Virus record (IMG/VR): IMGVR_UViG_3300014613_000042
Span: 1-42,021 of that record
DNA length: 42,021 nt
Origin: a virus
Lineage: Duplodnaviria; Caudoviricetes
Direction: 5' to 3' (one strand)
Part shown: one piece after another, positions 8,437 through 17,566 of the stretch
How positions within the stretch are numbered: the first letter of the stretch is position 1
How the letters are laid out: every line of letters starts with the position of its first letter
The notes under the pieces: generated by a model
Told to the model about the DNA's origin: nothing
The model's database searches: none
What the model saw: only the letters and a program-made list of their open reading frames with translations
Program-made: the position numbers and the translations under genes

Positions 8437-9359
8437 TGGGCCTCAACGCCATGTCCGTAAAAGGTCGTGAACGCCTCCGACCCTATGGCGGGGACCTTGA
8501 CGGGTTCCGCGAGGGCGAGGCTCCAAAACACTTGGCGTCGGATATCGAGTGGGACACGATCGGCTTTGTCGACCGTGGAGACAACTCCAACGCCGTGATC
8601 GAAATCGCAAAACGCCGAGACCCGGAGGAACCCGTGGCAAAGAAGATCGAGACCCAGAAATTGGACGAATTGGCTCCGGAGGCCCCCGAGGCTCCGGCCG
8701 GCGTGGACGTCCAGGCCCTCCTGTCCGAGCTCCTCAAGGACGAGGCGATCACACCTGAGCAACACGCGGCCCTCGTGGCCGCAATGGCTCCCGCGGCTCC
8801 CGCGGCCGAGCCCATGCCCGAGGACATGGCCAAGCGTGCGGACATCCCCGAGGACGTCAAGGCCGAAATGGCCAAACAGGCGGATCGCCTCGTGGAGCTC
8901 GAGAAGCGTGCGGCCAAGGCCGCGGACGCCGAGGCCCTCCAGGTGGAGATCGCCAAGGTGAAGGATCTCCCGTATCTGCCCGAGTCGGCGGAGTCCGTGG
9001 CCGGCGTCCTGCGCGACCTCGAGAAGGCCTACCAGGCCGCTCCCAAGGAATTCCAGAAAGACCTGGGCGAGGACGAGTTGTCCCCCATGGACAAGCTCCG
9101 GGGCCTGATGGCGGCCTTCGCCAACGCCGTGGAGACGGCGGAGCTCTTCCGGGAGCGCGGTACGAGCCGTCCGGCGACGGACACGGACATGGAGAAGATC
9201 GATCCGAACGACGACACGATCCCCGCCGGGGACCGGGTGGACGCTCTGATCACCCAGGAGATCGCCAAGGCCGAGAAAGCCGGCGAGAAGATCGATTTCA
9301 GCAAGGCCCGCAAACAGGTGCTGGCCGCGAACCCCAAGCTGGCCGCGGCCTACCTGTAG
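8436..9359 (+). CDS. Protease C-terminal segment fused to capsid scaffolding protein
   Basis: LNAMSVKG and DTIGFVDRGDN..A.I.IAK protease-type motifs, then an acidic helical/coiled-coil scaffold ending NPKLAAAYL. A possible internal GTG start lies at 8634 behind GGAGG. Confidence 0.75.
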   Translation: MGLNAMSVKGRERLRPYGGDLDGFREGEAPKHLASDIEWDTIGFVDRGDNSNAVIEIAKRRDPEEPVAKKIETQKLDELAPEAPEAPAGVDVQALLSELLKDEAITPEQHAALVAAMAPAAPAAEPMPEDMAKRADIPEDVKAEMAKQADRLVELEKRAAKAADAEALQVEIAKVKDLPYLPESAESVAGVLRDLEKAYQAAPKEFQKDLGEDELSPMDKLRGLMAAFANAVETAELFRERGTSRPATDTDMEKIDPNDDTIPAGDRVDALITQEIAKAEKAGEKIDFSKARKQVLAANPKLAAAYL

Positions 9360-9387
9360 ACCCGGCGCCTTTCGGAGGGACGAGAAC

Positions 9388-9807
9388 ATGGCAGGTAGAA
9401 GCGAATTCATTTTCACCGAACTGGCGATCGGCAACCAGAACGCCGAGTCGGCGATCGATCCGAGCTACGGCGTGGTCAAGCGCGGCACCAACCCGAACGA
9501 CGTCGCGGAGTGTTCGGCCGTGACCGACTTCCCGATCGGCCGTGCCAACGCGAAGACGTCGGCCGGTGAAGCTGTGGAGGGCGGAGTCCAACCCCTGATC
9601 CCCGGCCAGACCATGAAGCTGATCAGCGACGGCACGTTCACGAACGCGGGCGAGTTCGTCATGTGTAGCACCACGGCCGGCCGCGTGGGCAAGTCGACGC
9701 CGACGAGCGGAGACGTGGTTTTCGGCCTGACCGCCGAGGCCGATCCGGGTGCCGGATACGCGATCCTCGTGGACGTGTTCTCGCCCTACAAGCATGTGGA
9801 CACCTAG
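9388..9807 (+). CDS. Capsid decoration/cement protein
   Basis: 139-aa Gly/Ala/Thr-rich beta-type protein between scaffold and capsid, resembling DUF2190-like proteins. Confidence 0.7.
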   Translation: MAGRSEFIFTELAIGNQNAESAIDPSYGVVKRGTNPNDVAECSAVTDFPIGRANAKTSAGEAVEGGVQPLIPGQTMKLISDGTFTNAGEFVMCSTTAGRVGKSTPTSGDVVFGLTAEADPGAGYAILVDVFSPYKHVDT

Positions 9808-9886
9808 GCCGACGGTCTAGCACAGATAAACCGCGGCGTTCCGGGGCGTCCGCTCGAGAAGGAAAGTCATCTAGGAGGATCAGGCA

Positions 9887-10915
9887 ATGCCGATCAAACG
9901 AGCAGACGTCCACACCGATCGCCCCACTTCGCGATTCGTGGCCCAGTACGGTTCCAAAAGGGACCTCTCGGCCATGGTCACCGAGATCACGACCGAGAAC
10001 GAGTCCGACGAGTTCTACCGGATGGAGCAGAACTCCCGCCGGGAGCTCGGGATCAAGCGCAGCGATAGCAAGAAATCGGCCTTCGTGGACTTCGCGCTGG
10101 AGAAGGACACCTTCTCGATCGACGAGTACGCCCTTCACACGGTGTTCGGCGCCCGTCTCCTCCGCGAGCAGGACATCGCCCTCCGGCTCCTGGACCGTGC
10201 GGCCCTCGGCCTTGCCGACCTCGTGAGCCTGGAGAAGGAATACCAGATCTTCACGCTGGTTACGACCCAGGCGAATTTCGCGACGGGCCACTTCGCCACG
10301 CTCGCGGACGAGCTCGACGACTACGTGAACGGCGACCCGATCGGCGCCTTCGACACGGCGATCGACCGGATTGTCCAGAGCATGGGCGGGAGCCTGCCCC
10401 CGGGTGTGGTCGTCAAGGCCGCCATGGGCCGCGACGTCCACAACGCAATCAAAGATCACCCGGACATCAAAGAGCGGGTGATCTACACGGGAGCCCCCGG
10501 CCAGGTCGCGGACGGTGCCCTCCTGGCCGAGTTCCTCCTCCGCGGCGACGGCGCCGAGTGGGTGATCTCGGACGCGAGCCTCAACGCCGCCACCGAGACG
10601 CCGGACGCTCTGTCGAATCCCTCGAGCAACACGCGGCTCTGGTCCTCGACCACGGACAAGATTTGCGTGGCGGCCGTCCAGATGGGCCTGGGCAATTCGG
10701 CGCCGGGCGTCGGGGATATCACGGCATTCGCGGCCATGCGGACGTTCCCCCCGGGAGTCCGTCGCTGGCAGAACGCCAAGGAGCTGGGTAACGCCGCCGG
10801 TCCCGCCGAGTTCGTGGAAGCCTACGAATTCTGGGACCTCGTGACCATCGCCGTTGACAACCTGACCAACAAGAAGAGCGTCGGCGCGTACTTGATCCAG
10901 AACTGCCTGACCTGA
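9887..10915 (+). CDS. Major capsid protein
   Basis: 342 aa with strong AGGAGG SD; DVHTDRP, GDPIGAFD and IKDHPDIKERV resemble lambda gpE-like capsids; synteny. Confidence 0.85.
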   Translation: MPIKRADVHTDRPTSRFVAQYGSKRDLSAMVTEITTENESDEFYRMEQNSRRELGIKRSDSKKSAFVDFALEKDTFSIDEYALHTVFGARLLREQDIALRLLDRAALGLADLVSLEKEYQIFTLVTTQANFATGHFATLADELDDYVNGDPIGAFDTAIDRIVQSMGGSLPPGVVVKAAMGRDVHNAIKDHPDIKERVIYTGAPGQVADGALLAEFLLRGDGAEWVISDASLNAATETPDALSNPSSNTRLWSSTTDKICVAAVQMGLGNSAPGVGDITAFAAMRTFPPGVRRWQNAKELGNAAGPAEFVEAYEFWDLVTIAVDNLTNKKSVGAYLIQNCLT

Positions 10916-10945
10916 TAAGGCCGGGACCTAGGGAAGGGAAACCCA

Positions 10946-11593
10946 ATGGGTGACAAAACCAAAGCTGACTTGGAGCGGGAGCTCCAGGAACTCCGGGCCC
11001 AGACGGCCGAATTCGCCGAGGCCAAGGAGCGCGAGATCGCGGGCCTCAAGGCCTTGGGCGGAGACGGCGGGGATCTCAGGGCGGAGATCGAGGCCCTACG
11101 CGAAGTCGTGGCCGCGTCCTCGGCCTCGAGTCCGGCGGGCCTGGCCGAGGCAATCAAAGGGATCCGGGACCTCCTGGCGACATCTGGGGGTCTCGGTGGC
11201 GTCAAGGTGTCGCCTGGCCGTCCGCACCCGAAGGGGCACAAGTTCCCGACGGTCAAGACCGCCAAAGGCGCCGATGTCGAAATGGCCTACGTGGTCCGGG
11301 CCGAGTGCATGATCTCCCGCAAGGGCAACCCGGACGGGGCAGGCAAGGCCCAGCGGTCGATCACGTTCAAGCGTGGCGCGGATCTCCCCGAGTGGGTCTC
11401 CCAGGTCTACGTGGACAAGCTCCTGGCTCAGGATCCCCCTGTGCTCTGGCATCCGGCGGACGGGCCTTTCGAGCCGATCCCCGGTGACGATCAACCGGCT
11501 CCGGGCGTGCCCAAAGCGCAGCGGGGCCGGGTGGTCCCACAGAAAGACGAGAACGAGGTTCATGGCCCCGAGGCCGCGTCCATCAAGATGTAG
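10946..11593 (+). CDS. Hypothetical head-associated protein with N-terminal coiled coil
   Basis: 215-aa ORF directly after the capsid gene, with a purine-rich leader. Confidence 0.7.
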   Translation: MGDKTKADLERELQELRAQTAEFAEAKEREIAGLKALGGDGGDLRAEIEALREVVAASSASSPAGLAEAIKGIRDLLATSGGLGGVKVSPGRPHPKGHKFPTVKTAKGADVEMAYVVRAECMISRKGNPDGAGKAQRSITFKRGADLPEWVSQVYVDKLLAQDPPVLWHPADGPFEPIPGDDQPAPGVPKAQRGRVVPQKDENEVHGPEAASIKM

Positions 11594-11648
11594 CACGACA
11601 AAACCCGTGGCGGGTGCCTACCGCGTCCGCCGGTAGGAGGATCCCGCA

Positions 11649-14450
11649 ATGCGCTACAAGCTGATTTCCCTGTTCCTGGCCGCGGGCCTTCTGTGCCTGC
11701 CCTCGGCCGTCCTCGCCAAATCCTGGACGAACAACGTCCCGCCCGGCAACGTGATCAACCAGGGCGATTTCTACGTCAAGGGCGCCCTGACCGTCGTCGG
11801 CTCGATCACCCTGACCAAGATCGTGGGCGCCAACGCCGAGGAGATCGAGAACGACACGGACGCCGAATGGACGTTCCGCCGGAACGACGCCGGAGCCCTG
11901 ACGATCATGCTCGAGGACAACGCCGGGGCCGCGGACGCGACGATCGACGTCGCCGGGGCGGGAACCCTGACCCTCGGATCGGCGGACGCTGATTTGGCCG
12001 TGGCAGGGACGGGAGGCTCCACCGGTTCGGCGGACTTCGACGTGGCGGGTTATGCCCAGTTTGCGGGTGTGACAGAATTCGACGGCAACCTCGTGTTGCA
12101 GTCGGCCGACGTCGTGAGCAACGCCGCTTCCGGTACGGTCAACTTCGGGCGTGCGGCCGCTGGTTCCTACACCCTGACGTGCACGGACGACGACGCCAAC
12201 TGTGCGATCATCCTGGCCCCGGGCGGTACGGGTGCGACGACTGTTGGATCGGGCACATCGACGGCCGTTACCATCTCCGCAGACGGCACCACAGACGGCG
12301 ATCTGGTGCTCCCACTGACCTCGGTGGGCGCGGCCGAAATGGTTTTGGACGCGATCGATTTCGCCCAGATCTCGGACGCCATGACAATGGACGCGCCGAC
12401 GTCCATCACGGCCGCGGCCGGGAACTACATTGCAGTGCTCAAAACTGCCGACGACGGCGTGGATGAACCGGCGTTGGATATCAACTACACGGCGCTGGAT
12501 ACGCTGAGCGCGACGGCCGTGCAGTACGGCGTGACCCTCTCCAACGAGGCGAGCAGCGAGGCGGCCGACGCACTGCTAGCCGTCGAAAACCTGGACGCTG
12601 GCGACGCCGTGGGCACGGGCGTGTTGTTCCTGGACACTATCGGAGCATTCACCGCACATATCGGCGCCACCGGCAACGCGTTCATTCTGGAGGCCGACGA
12701 CTCGCTCTCCATTGGTGGCGGTTATGCGGGCGGCTCGGGTGTGACTGTTTCGGCGGCTGGTGCAATCCAGGCGAGCGCGGGCGGGACCTTCGACGGCGCC
12801 CTCGATGTGGACGGCGCAACCACGGTCGACGCCTTCGCCGCCACGGGCGCCGCGGGCGAACTGTTCGAGATCACGCGGACGTTGACCAACGACACGATGG
12901 AGACGGGCGTCAATATCGCCGTGACTGGATCCGACACGGGCGCCGCTGTGACGACCCAGTATGGTGTGGAGGTTTCGAACGTCGACAGCACTGAACCCCT
13001 CGACGTCATTCTCCGAATCACCCAGAGCGATCCAGACGTCGCCGAGGTGGTGCCGGCCGGTATTGCCTTCGGCGACGCGGGCGGCGGTTTCACTCAGCAC
13101 ATCGTCTCCCCGGGCGCTCTGAACCTCCAAAGCACAGGGGCTTACGTCCTCTCGCGACCTGCGACCGGCGCTGTCGTGGTTTCGTCGCTTGACGACGACG
13201 CCAACGCCGACCTCGAGATGTACGGCGGAGGCACGGGGAACACCTACCTGGGTTCCGCGACGACCGCCGCAGTGACCATTCGTGCAGACGGTACGACCGA
13301 CGCTGACCTCGTGCTGCCTCTGACCTCGGTTGGTGCTGGTGAGGTAGTGCTAGACTCACTCGATTTCGCGCAGCTCTCCGACACCATGGAACTGGACGCT
13401 TCGACGTCGATCACAGCGGGCGTGGGCGAAACCTTGACCTATGCCAAGACGGCGACGGACGGCGCGAACGAGATCGGAATGTTGGTAGAGTTCACCCCGA
13501 ACGACCTCGCCGCCACGGCCGTGGGACAGGGTGTCTTGAAGGTCGCGATCAAAACGGCCGCTGCCGGCGCACAGTCGGCCGACGCTGGTGTCATCATCGA
13601 GAATGAGGACGCCGCGATCACGGCGGGCGCCGCGATTCTGATTGTGCACGGCGCCTCGGACTGGACGTCCGATATCGACGCCGCGAGTAACACGTTCGAC
13701 CACGCGGCCGACGATGCCGTGAACTTCGGCGGAGGCTACGGCGTCACGGGTTGCGGTGTCACGGCGGCCGGCGCCCTGTCTTGCAATGACGCGATCGTGT
13801 CGGACGTGAGTTTCGGCGCGCCGTTGTTCTTGAATCCCACCGGCAACGTCGAGGTCCGGGCCAACGCGGGCGCGGGCAACGTGACGATCACAGCTGCCGC
13901 GAATGACGCTGGTTTCGCGGTTCCCACCGGGTCGATCTCAGCTACGGAGATCGGGAACCTGAACCGCTCGATCAACCTGCCACTGCTGAGCTTCGCGAAT
14001 TGCACACAGACGACAGACATTGACTGGGCGTCTGCGGCCGATGCGGCTCCCGATTTTGCGCTGGTTGGCGTCGAAGGCGGGCCCGTGATCACCTACGACG
14101 ACACGGGCGGAAGCATCGACACCGATGAGATCTGCACGGGGTTTTTCGTCCCCTCCAACCTCGCGGCCGGTGGGTCAGGCTCTTTCAGTTTCGCGGTTGT
14201 GCAGGACGGCGCCACGGGCGCCAACATCGAATCGATCGACTGTCGCGTCTCCATCGACAGCGCGGCGATCGGCGCGGTCGATTCCCAGAACCTGACCAAC
14301 CAGACGGCACAGCAAAGTAAACTCGTGACACCGGCCGGGGTATATTCGCCAGGGTCGGCCGTGCATCTACGGTGTCGGCAGGGTAACGCGTCGGCTGATG
14401 ATGCAGTCTCGATCATCGCCGCGCAATTCACCTACACCAGTGACAGCTAG
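11649..14450 (+). CDS. Large acidic Gly/Ala/Thr/Asp-rich repeat protein with predicted Sec signal peptide (secreted or fibre-like)
   Basis: N-terminus MRYK-LISLFLAAGLLCLP-SAVLA|K; ~220-aa internal duplication; AGGAGG SD. Confidence 0.8.
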   Translation: MRYKLISLFLAAGLLCLPSAVLAKSWTNNVPPGNVINQGDFYVKGALTVVGSITLTKIVGANAEEIENDTDAEWTFRRNDAGALTIMLEDNAGAADATIDVAGAGTLTLGSADADLAVAGTGGSTGSADFDVAGYAQFAGVTEFDGNLVLQSADVVSNAASGTVNFGRAAAGSYTLTCTDDDANCAIILAPGGTGATTVGSGTSTAVTISADGTTDGDLVLPLTSVGAAEMVLDAIDFAQISDAMTMDAPTSITAAAGNYIAVLKTADDGVDEPALDINYTALDTLSATAVQYGVTLSNEASSEAADALLAVENLDAGDAVGTGVLFLDTIGAFTAHIGATGNAFILEADDSLSIGGGYAGGSGVTVSAAGAIQASAGGTFDGALDVDGATTVDAFAATGAAGELFEITRTLTNDTMETGVNIAVTGSDTGAAVTTQYGVEVSNVDSTEPLDVILRITQSDPDVAEVVPAGIAFGDAGGGFTQHIVSPGALNLQSTGAYVLSRPATGAVVVSSLDDDANADLEMYGGGTGNTYLGSATTAAVTIRADGTTDADLVLPLTSVGAGEVVLDSLDFAQLSDTMELDASTSITAGVGETLTYAKTATDGANEIGMLVEFTPNDLAATAVGQGVLKVAIKTAAAGAQSADAGVIIENEDAAITAGAAILIVHGASDWTSDIDAASNTFDHAADDAVNFGGGYGVTGCGVTAAGALSCNDAIVSDVSFGAPLFLNPTGNVEVRANAGAGNVTITAAANDAGFAVPTGSISATEIGNLNRSINLPLLSFANCTQTTDIDWASAADAAPDFALVGVEGGPVITYDDTGGSIDTDEICTGFFVPSNLAAGGSGSFSFAVVQDGATGANIESIDCRVSIDSAAIGAVDSQNLTNQTAQQSKLVTPAGVYSPGSAVHLRCRQGNASADDAVSIIAAQFTYTSDS

Positions 14451-14459
14451 GAGGCTCGT

Positions 14460-14864
14460 TTGACCTGGACTTACGGCGGGGATCCATCGGCCAACGATCG
14501 GGACTGGATCAGGCACAGGCTTGGAGACGTCCTCGAGGACTCCTCCAACAAGATTTCTTTGTCGGACGAGGAGATCGCGGCCGAGGTCACCGATCGTGGC
14601 GACAAGGTCCAGGCCGCCGTCTATTGCTGTAAGGCACTCATGGCCCGGGCGGCTCGTCTCGTGGACGGAGGACCCGAAGATCCGAGGCGGGGCGAGATCC
14701 AGGCCCAGCTCCGGGAGTTGATGAAGGACTTGGCTGTGGAGGCCGCCCAGGACGCCTCGGCTGCGTCCTTGGGCGGTATCTCTGTGGCTTCGAAGGACGC
14801 CAAAGTGGCGGACACGGATAACACGGAGCGGGTGTTCTCCATCGGACAGGACACGTATTCGTAA
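14460..14864 (+). CDS. Head-tail adaptor (connector) protein
   Basis: WTYGGDP...RDWIR..LGD......LSDEEI pattern typical of head-completion proteins; synteny. Confidence 0.75.
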   Translation: MTWTYGGDPSANDRDWIRHRLGDVLEDSSNKISLSDEEIAAEVTDRGDKVQAAVYCCKALMARAARLVDGGPEDPRRGEIQAQLRELMKDLAVEAAQDASAASLGGISVASKDAKVADTDNTERVFSIGQDTYS

Positions 14865-15448
14865 TGGGTGCACGGATCAGCGTAGTGGAATTGGGCAAGC
14901 GGCTTTCCGCGATCGGCGGGGCTCTTGGGGACGTGTTTCCCAAGGTCTTACGCCGGGCCGCGGAGCTGATCGTTCGCCCTGCAATTATGCGCAAGATCCG
15001 GGAGAAGGACCTCCAGGACCGCGGCGATCTCCTCCGCTCGTTCGAGACCGTGGAGCGGGAGAACGGCGACGTGGCTGTGGTCTCCGATCTCGAATACGCG
15101 AATATCCACGACGTGGGCGGAACGATCCGTCCGGTCAAGGCCAAGGCCCTTACGATCCCCCTGGACAACAGGGCCAAGCGCCGCAAGGCGTCGGACTTCC
15201 CTGGACTCGTCTTGTTCCCTCCCGTGGGTATGCGGAAACACGCAGTCCTAGCGGACGTGAAACAGCGGCGGGGCGGGCCTCCCAAGGTCACGCCCATGTT
15301 CTTGCTCGTCAAAGAGGTCAAGATTTCTCCGAAACACTACGTGACGGAGGCGAACGAGATCGTGGAGAACGAGCTCCCGGACTTCCTCGAGACGGAGATC
15401 GCCGAACACGTCCAGAAGGGCCTGGACGGGGCTTTGGGGAGGGCCTAA
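14864..15448 (+). CDS. Neck / virion morphogenesis protein (Mu gpG / HK97 gp10-like)
   Basis: RGDLLRS and SDLEYANIHDVGGTIRP motifs; basic protein; TAATG coupling on both sides. Confidence 0.75.
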   Translation: MGARISVVELGKRLSAIGGALGDVFPKVLRRAAELIVRPAIMRKIREKDLQDRGDLLRSFETVERENGDVAVVSDLEYANIHDVGGTIRPVKAKALTIPLDNRAKRRKASDFPGLVLFPPVGMRKHAVLADVKQRRGGPPKVTPMFLLVKEVKISPKHYVTEANEIVENELPDFLETEIAEHVQKGLDGALGRA

Positions 15449-15966
15449 TGGCCGTAGTCTACTCCACCCAACGCAAACAGATCCGGGACGCGATCGTTAC
15501 CCAGCTTAAGACGATCACACAGGCCAACGGTTACTCGATCAACGTGGCCACGGTGGATCCCAATATCCGGAACTACGACAACGTCTCCGAAGCTGCGGAC
15601 GAGCTGCCCACGGCGAACAAGTCCTTGCCCTACGTGGGCTTGTCCTCTGGTGTTCGGGAGGCGTACGAATATTTCGGCTCCGACGTGATCCACGTCGAGG
15701 CTACGGTCCAGTTTGTGGCCTACATCTCGGGGGAGGATTTCGGAGCGGACGGGACGACGTACGGGGACGACGAGGTGGACGCCTTCATGGACGATCTCTT
15801 TGTCGCCTTCAATGACGATCAGACCTGGGGAGGCCTGGCGATCCAGACGTTCGTGGACGAAATGCGGACGAACCAGGGCCAGGTTTTCAACTCCGGGAAG
15901 TGGATCAGGATGATCAACGGGACGCTGCGGATCGAGTATGAGCGCACGTCCAAGGCGAGGGCTTAG
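15448..15966 (+). CDS. Tail completion/terminator protein
   Basis: RKQIRDAIVTQLKTIT.ANGY and D.TWGGLA patterns; lies before the tail tube gene. Confidence 0.7.
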   Translation: MAVVYSTQRKQIRDAIVTQLKTITQANGYSINVATVDPNIRNYDNVSEAADELPTANKSLPYVGLSSGVREAYEYFGSDVIHVEATVQFVAYISGEDFGADGTTYGDDEVDAFMDDLFVAFNDDQTWGGLAIQTFVDEMRTNQGQVFNSGKWIRMINGTLRIEYERTSKARA

Positions 15967-15968
15967 AC

Positions 15969-16196
15969 ATGACAGACCATTGCAGCGACGGTTACACGGG
16001 CTACAAGGCCTACTACGTGGGCCCGGACGGCGCCCAGATGTGGAAGAACCTCGCTTTGGCACACGGCGACGTTGTGCCCGATCCCACGGGCCAGATGGGG
16101 CAGGATAACCCCCTGTTCGAGGTCGTGGGCCACGAACCCGAGCCGGCCCCCGAGCCGAAGTCCGAAAAACGCCAGGGGCCGAAAGGCAAGGAGTAG
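15969..16196 (+). CDS. Hypothetical protein (75 aa)
   Basis: Short ORF filling the gap between terminator and tube genes. Confidence 0.6.
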   Translation: MTDHCSDGYTGYKAYYVGPDGAQMWKNLALAHGDVVPDPTGQMGQDNPLFEVVGHEPEPAPEPKSEKRQGPKGKE

Positions 16197-16199
16197 ATC

Positions 16200-17441
16200 A
16201 TGGGACTTTCCATCGGACACGAGCGTGGCGAAAGTCGGCGGGTTTTCGTCGAGGCGGAGGCGTCCTTGGGGACTTACCCGGGCCTCGTCTCGGCGGACGC
16301 GATTCGACCCCTTCGTTTTTCCCTCGGTGGCCCCGAGCGGGATCGTACGGTTCGGGACGACGCCAAGGGCTCCGTGGGCGCCCGGAGCCTGGATACGGAG
16401 GGCGTGTGGCGCGTTCCGTGGTCCATGGCGGGCTATATCTACCCGGCCGCCGCTGCGGGCTCCATGGCGGCTCACGGGTTCCATGACGTCCTGTTGGCCG
16501 CGTTCGGGAAATACACGACATACGCCAGCTATGACAAATACGAGCCCGAGTCGGATCAGACGGCGATCACGACCCTTTCGATCCTCCAGGCTATGGCCGA
16601 GGGAACGATCGACGTGGACTACCTGGACAAGATCTGGAGCTCGGATCAGTTGTTCGGCGCCTGGATCGACTCGTTCACGCTCACGGTGGGTGGCGGACGC
16701 AAAGCGATTTGGGAAGTCTCGGGCGGGGCTGTGGCACACGCCCAGGCCAAACGATCGGACACAGCCCAGGCCGGTTCGGTCTCCACGGTGGTCCTATCTG
16801 GGAACGTGGATTCGAGGGCCTACGATCGCCACGCAACGTATTCGCCTCGCGTGAAATACGTGCACACTACGCCGACGCATTTGGACAACACGGGAGCAGG
16901 ATATCCCGTCATTTCGGCCGTGGACGCGGCCAACTCAATTACGATTTCGGGCGGCCCAATTGCGTGCGGTGGAGCGGGCGGCCAGATCATGCCGTGGTGT
17001 CCGTCCGAGTCGGTCCCAGCGACGAACCCCCTCGTGGGGATCTCGGGATCGCTGGCCCTGGACGCCGTGGCGGATATGCCGATCACCCAAATGGTGTTCC
17101 GTGTCGAACGGACCCACGAGCCCGAGACGGATCAGGCGTTCACCGAGTATGTCCCGGATCTTTTCGCCGGAGCGGAGCGGACGATCTCGTTGGAACTCCA
17201 GTGTCGGAGCCGTCACGACCTCCGCAAATACCAGGGCACCAAGAAGCGGTTTACGTCCATGGCCGTGGCCGTGGACATCGGCGACACGGCCGCACGCTAC
17301 GCCGAAGTCAATGCCGGCCAGATGGAGCTGGAGGTTACGGGAGGCGTGGACGTTCCCGAGCGTGGCCAGGGAACGGTCAATTTCCGCGGCCGTTGTCTCG
17401 AGTCGGCCGGGGACGACGAGGTGGATTTCCGCATGTACTAG
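16200..17441 (+). CDS. Major tail (tube) protein
   Basis: 413 aa, beta-rich; precedes the chaperone pair and tape measure; AGGAG SD. Confidence 0.75.
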   Translation: MGLSIGHERGESRRVFVEAEASLGTYPGLVSADAIRPLRFSLGGPERDRTVRDDAKGSVGARSLDTEGVWRVPWSMAGYIYPAAAAGSMAAHGFHDVLLAAFGKYTTYASYDKYEPESDQTAITTLSILQAMAEGTIDVDYLDKIWSSDQLFGAWIDSFTLTVGGGRKAIWEVSGGAVAHAQAKRSDTAQAGSVSTVVLSGNVDSRAYDRHATYSPRVKYVHTTPTHLDNTGAGYPVISAVDAANSITISGGPIACGGAGGQIMPWCPSESVPATNPLVGISGSLALDAVADMPITQMVFRVERTHEPETDQAFTEYVPDLFAGAERTISLELQCRSRHDLRKYQGTKKRFTSMAVAVDIGDTAARYAEVNAGQMELEVTGGVDVPERGQGTVNFRGRCLESAGDDEVDFRMY

Positions 17442-17445
17442 AGGC

Positions 17446-17538
17446 CTCGTCCCCGTCCATGGCACCCGGTCCCCGTGGGAGGCCCGCGTGGGCCAACCCT
17501 TCCCCCCGGCGGGACCGGGTGCCTTGGACGGGGACGAG
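17446..17538. repeat. Long inverted repeat (28-bp arms, 1 mismatch) with inner stem-loop
   Basis: CTCGTCCCCGTCCATGGCACCCGGTCCC (17446-17473) pairs with GGGACCGGGTGCCTTGGACGGGGACGAG (17511-17538). Confidence 0.9.
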
Positions 17539-17566
17539 ACAAACAACCCAAGGGAAGGGATCAAAC

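Noticed and set aside
16709-17566. 433-aa version of the tail chaperone ORF
   Set aside because: The upstream part is an off-frame overlap of the tail tube gene and runs through the hairpin; the real start is ATG 17567.
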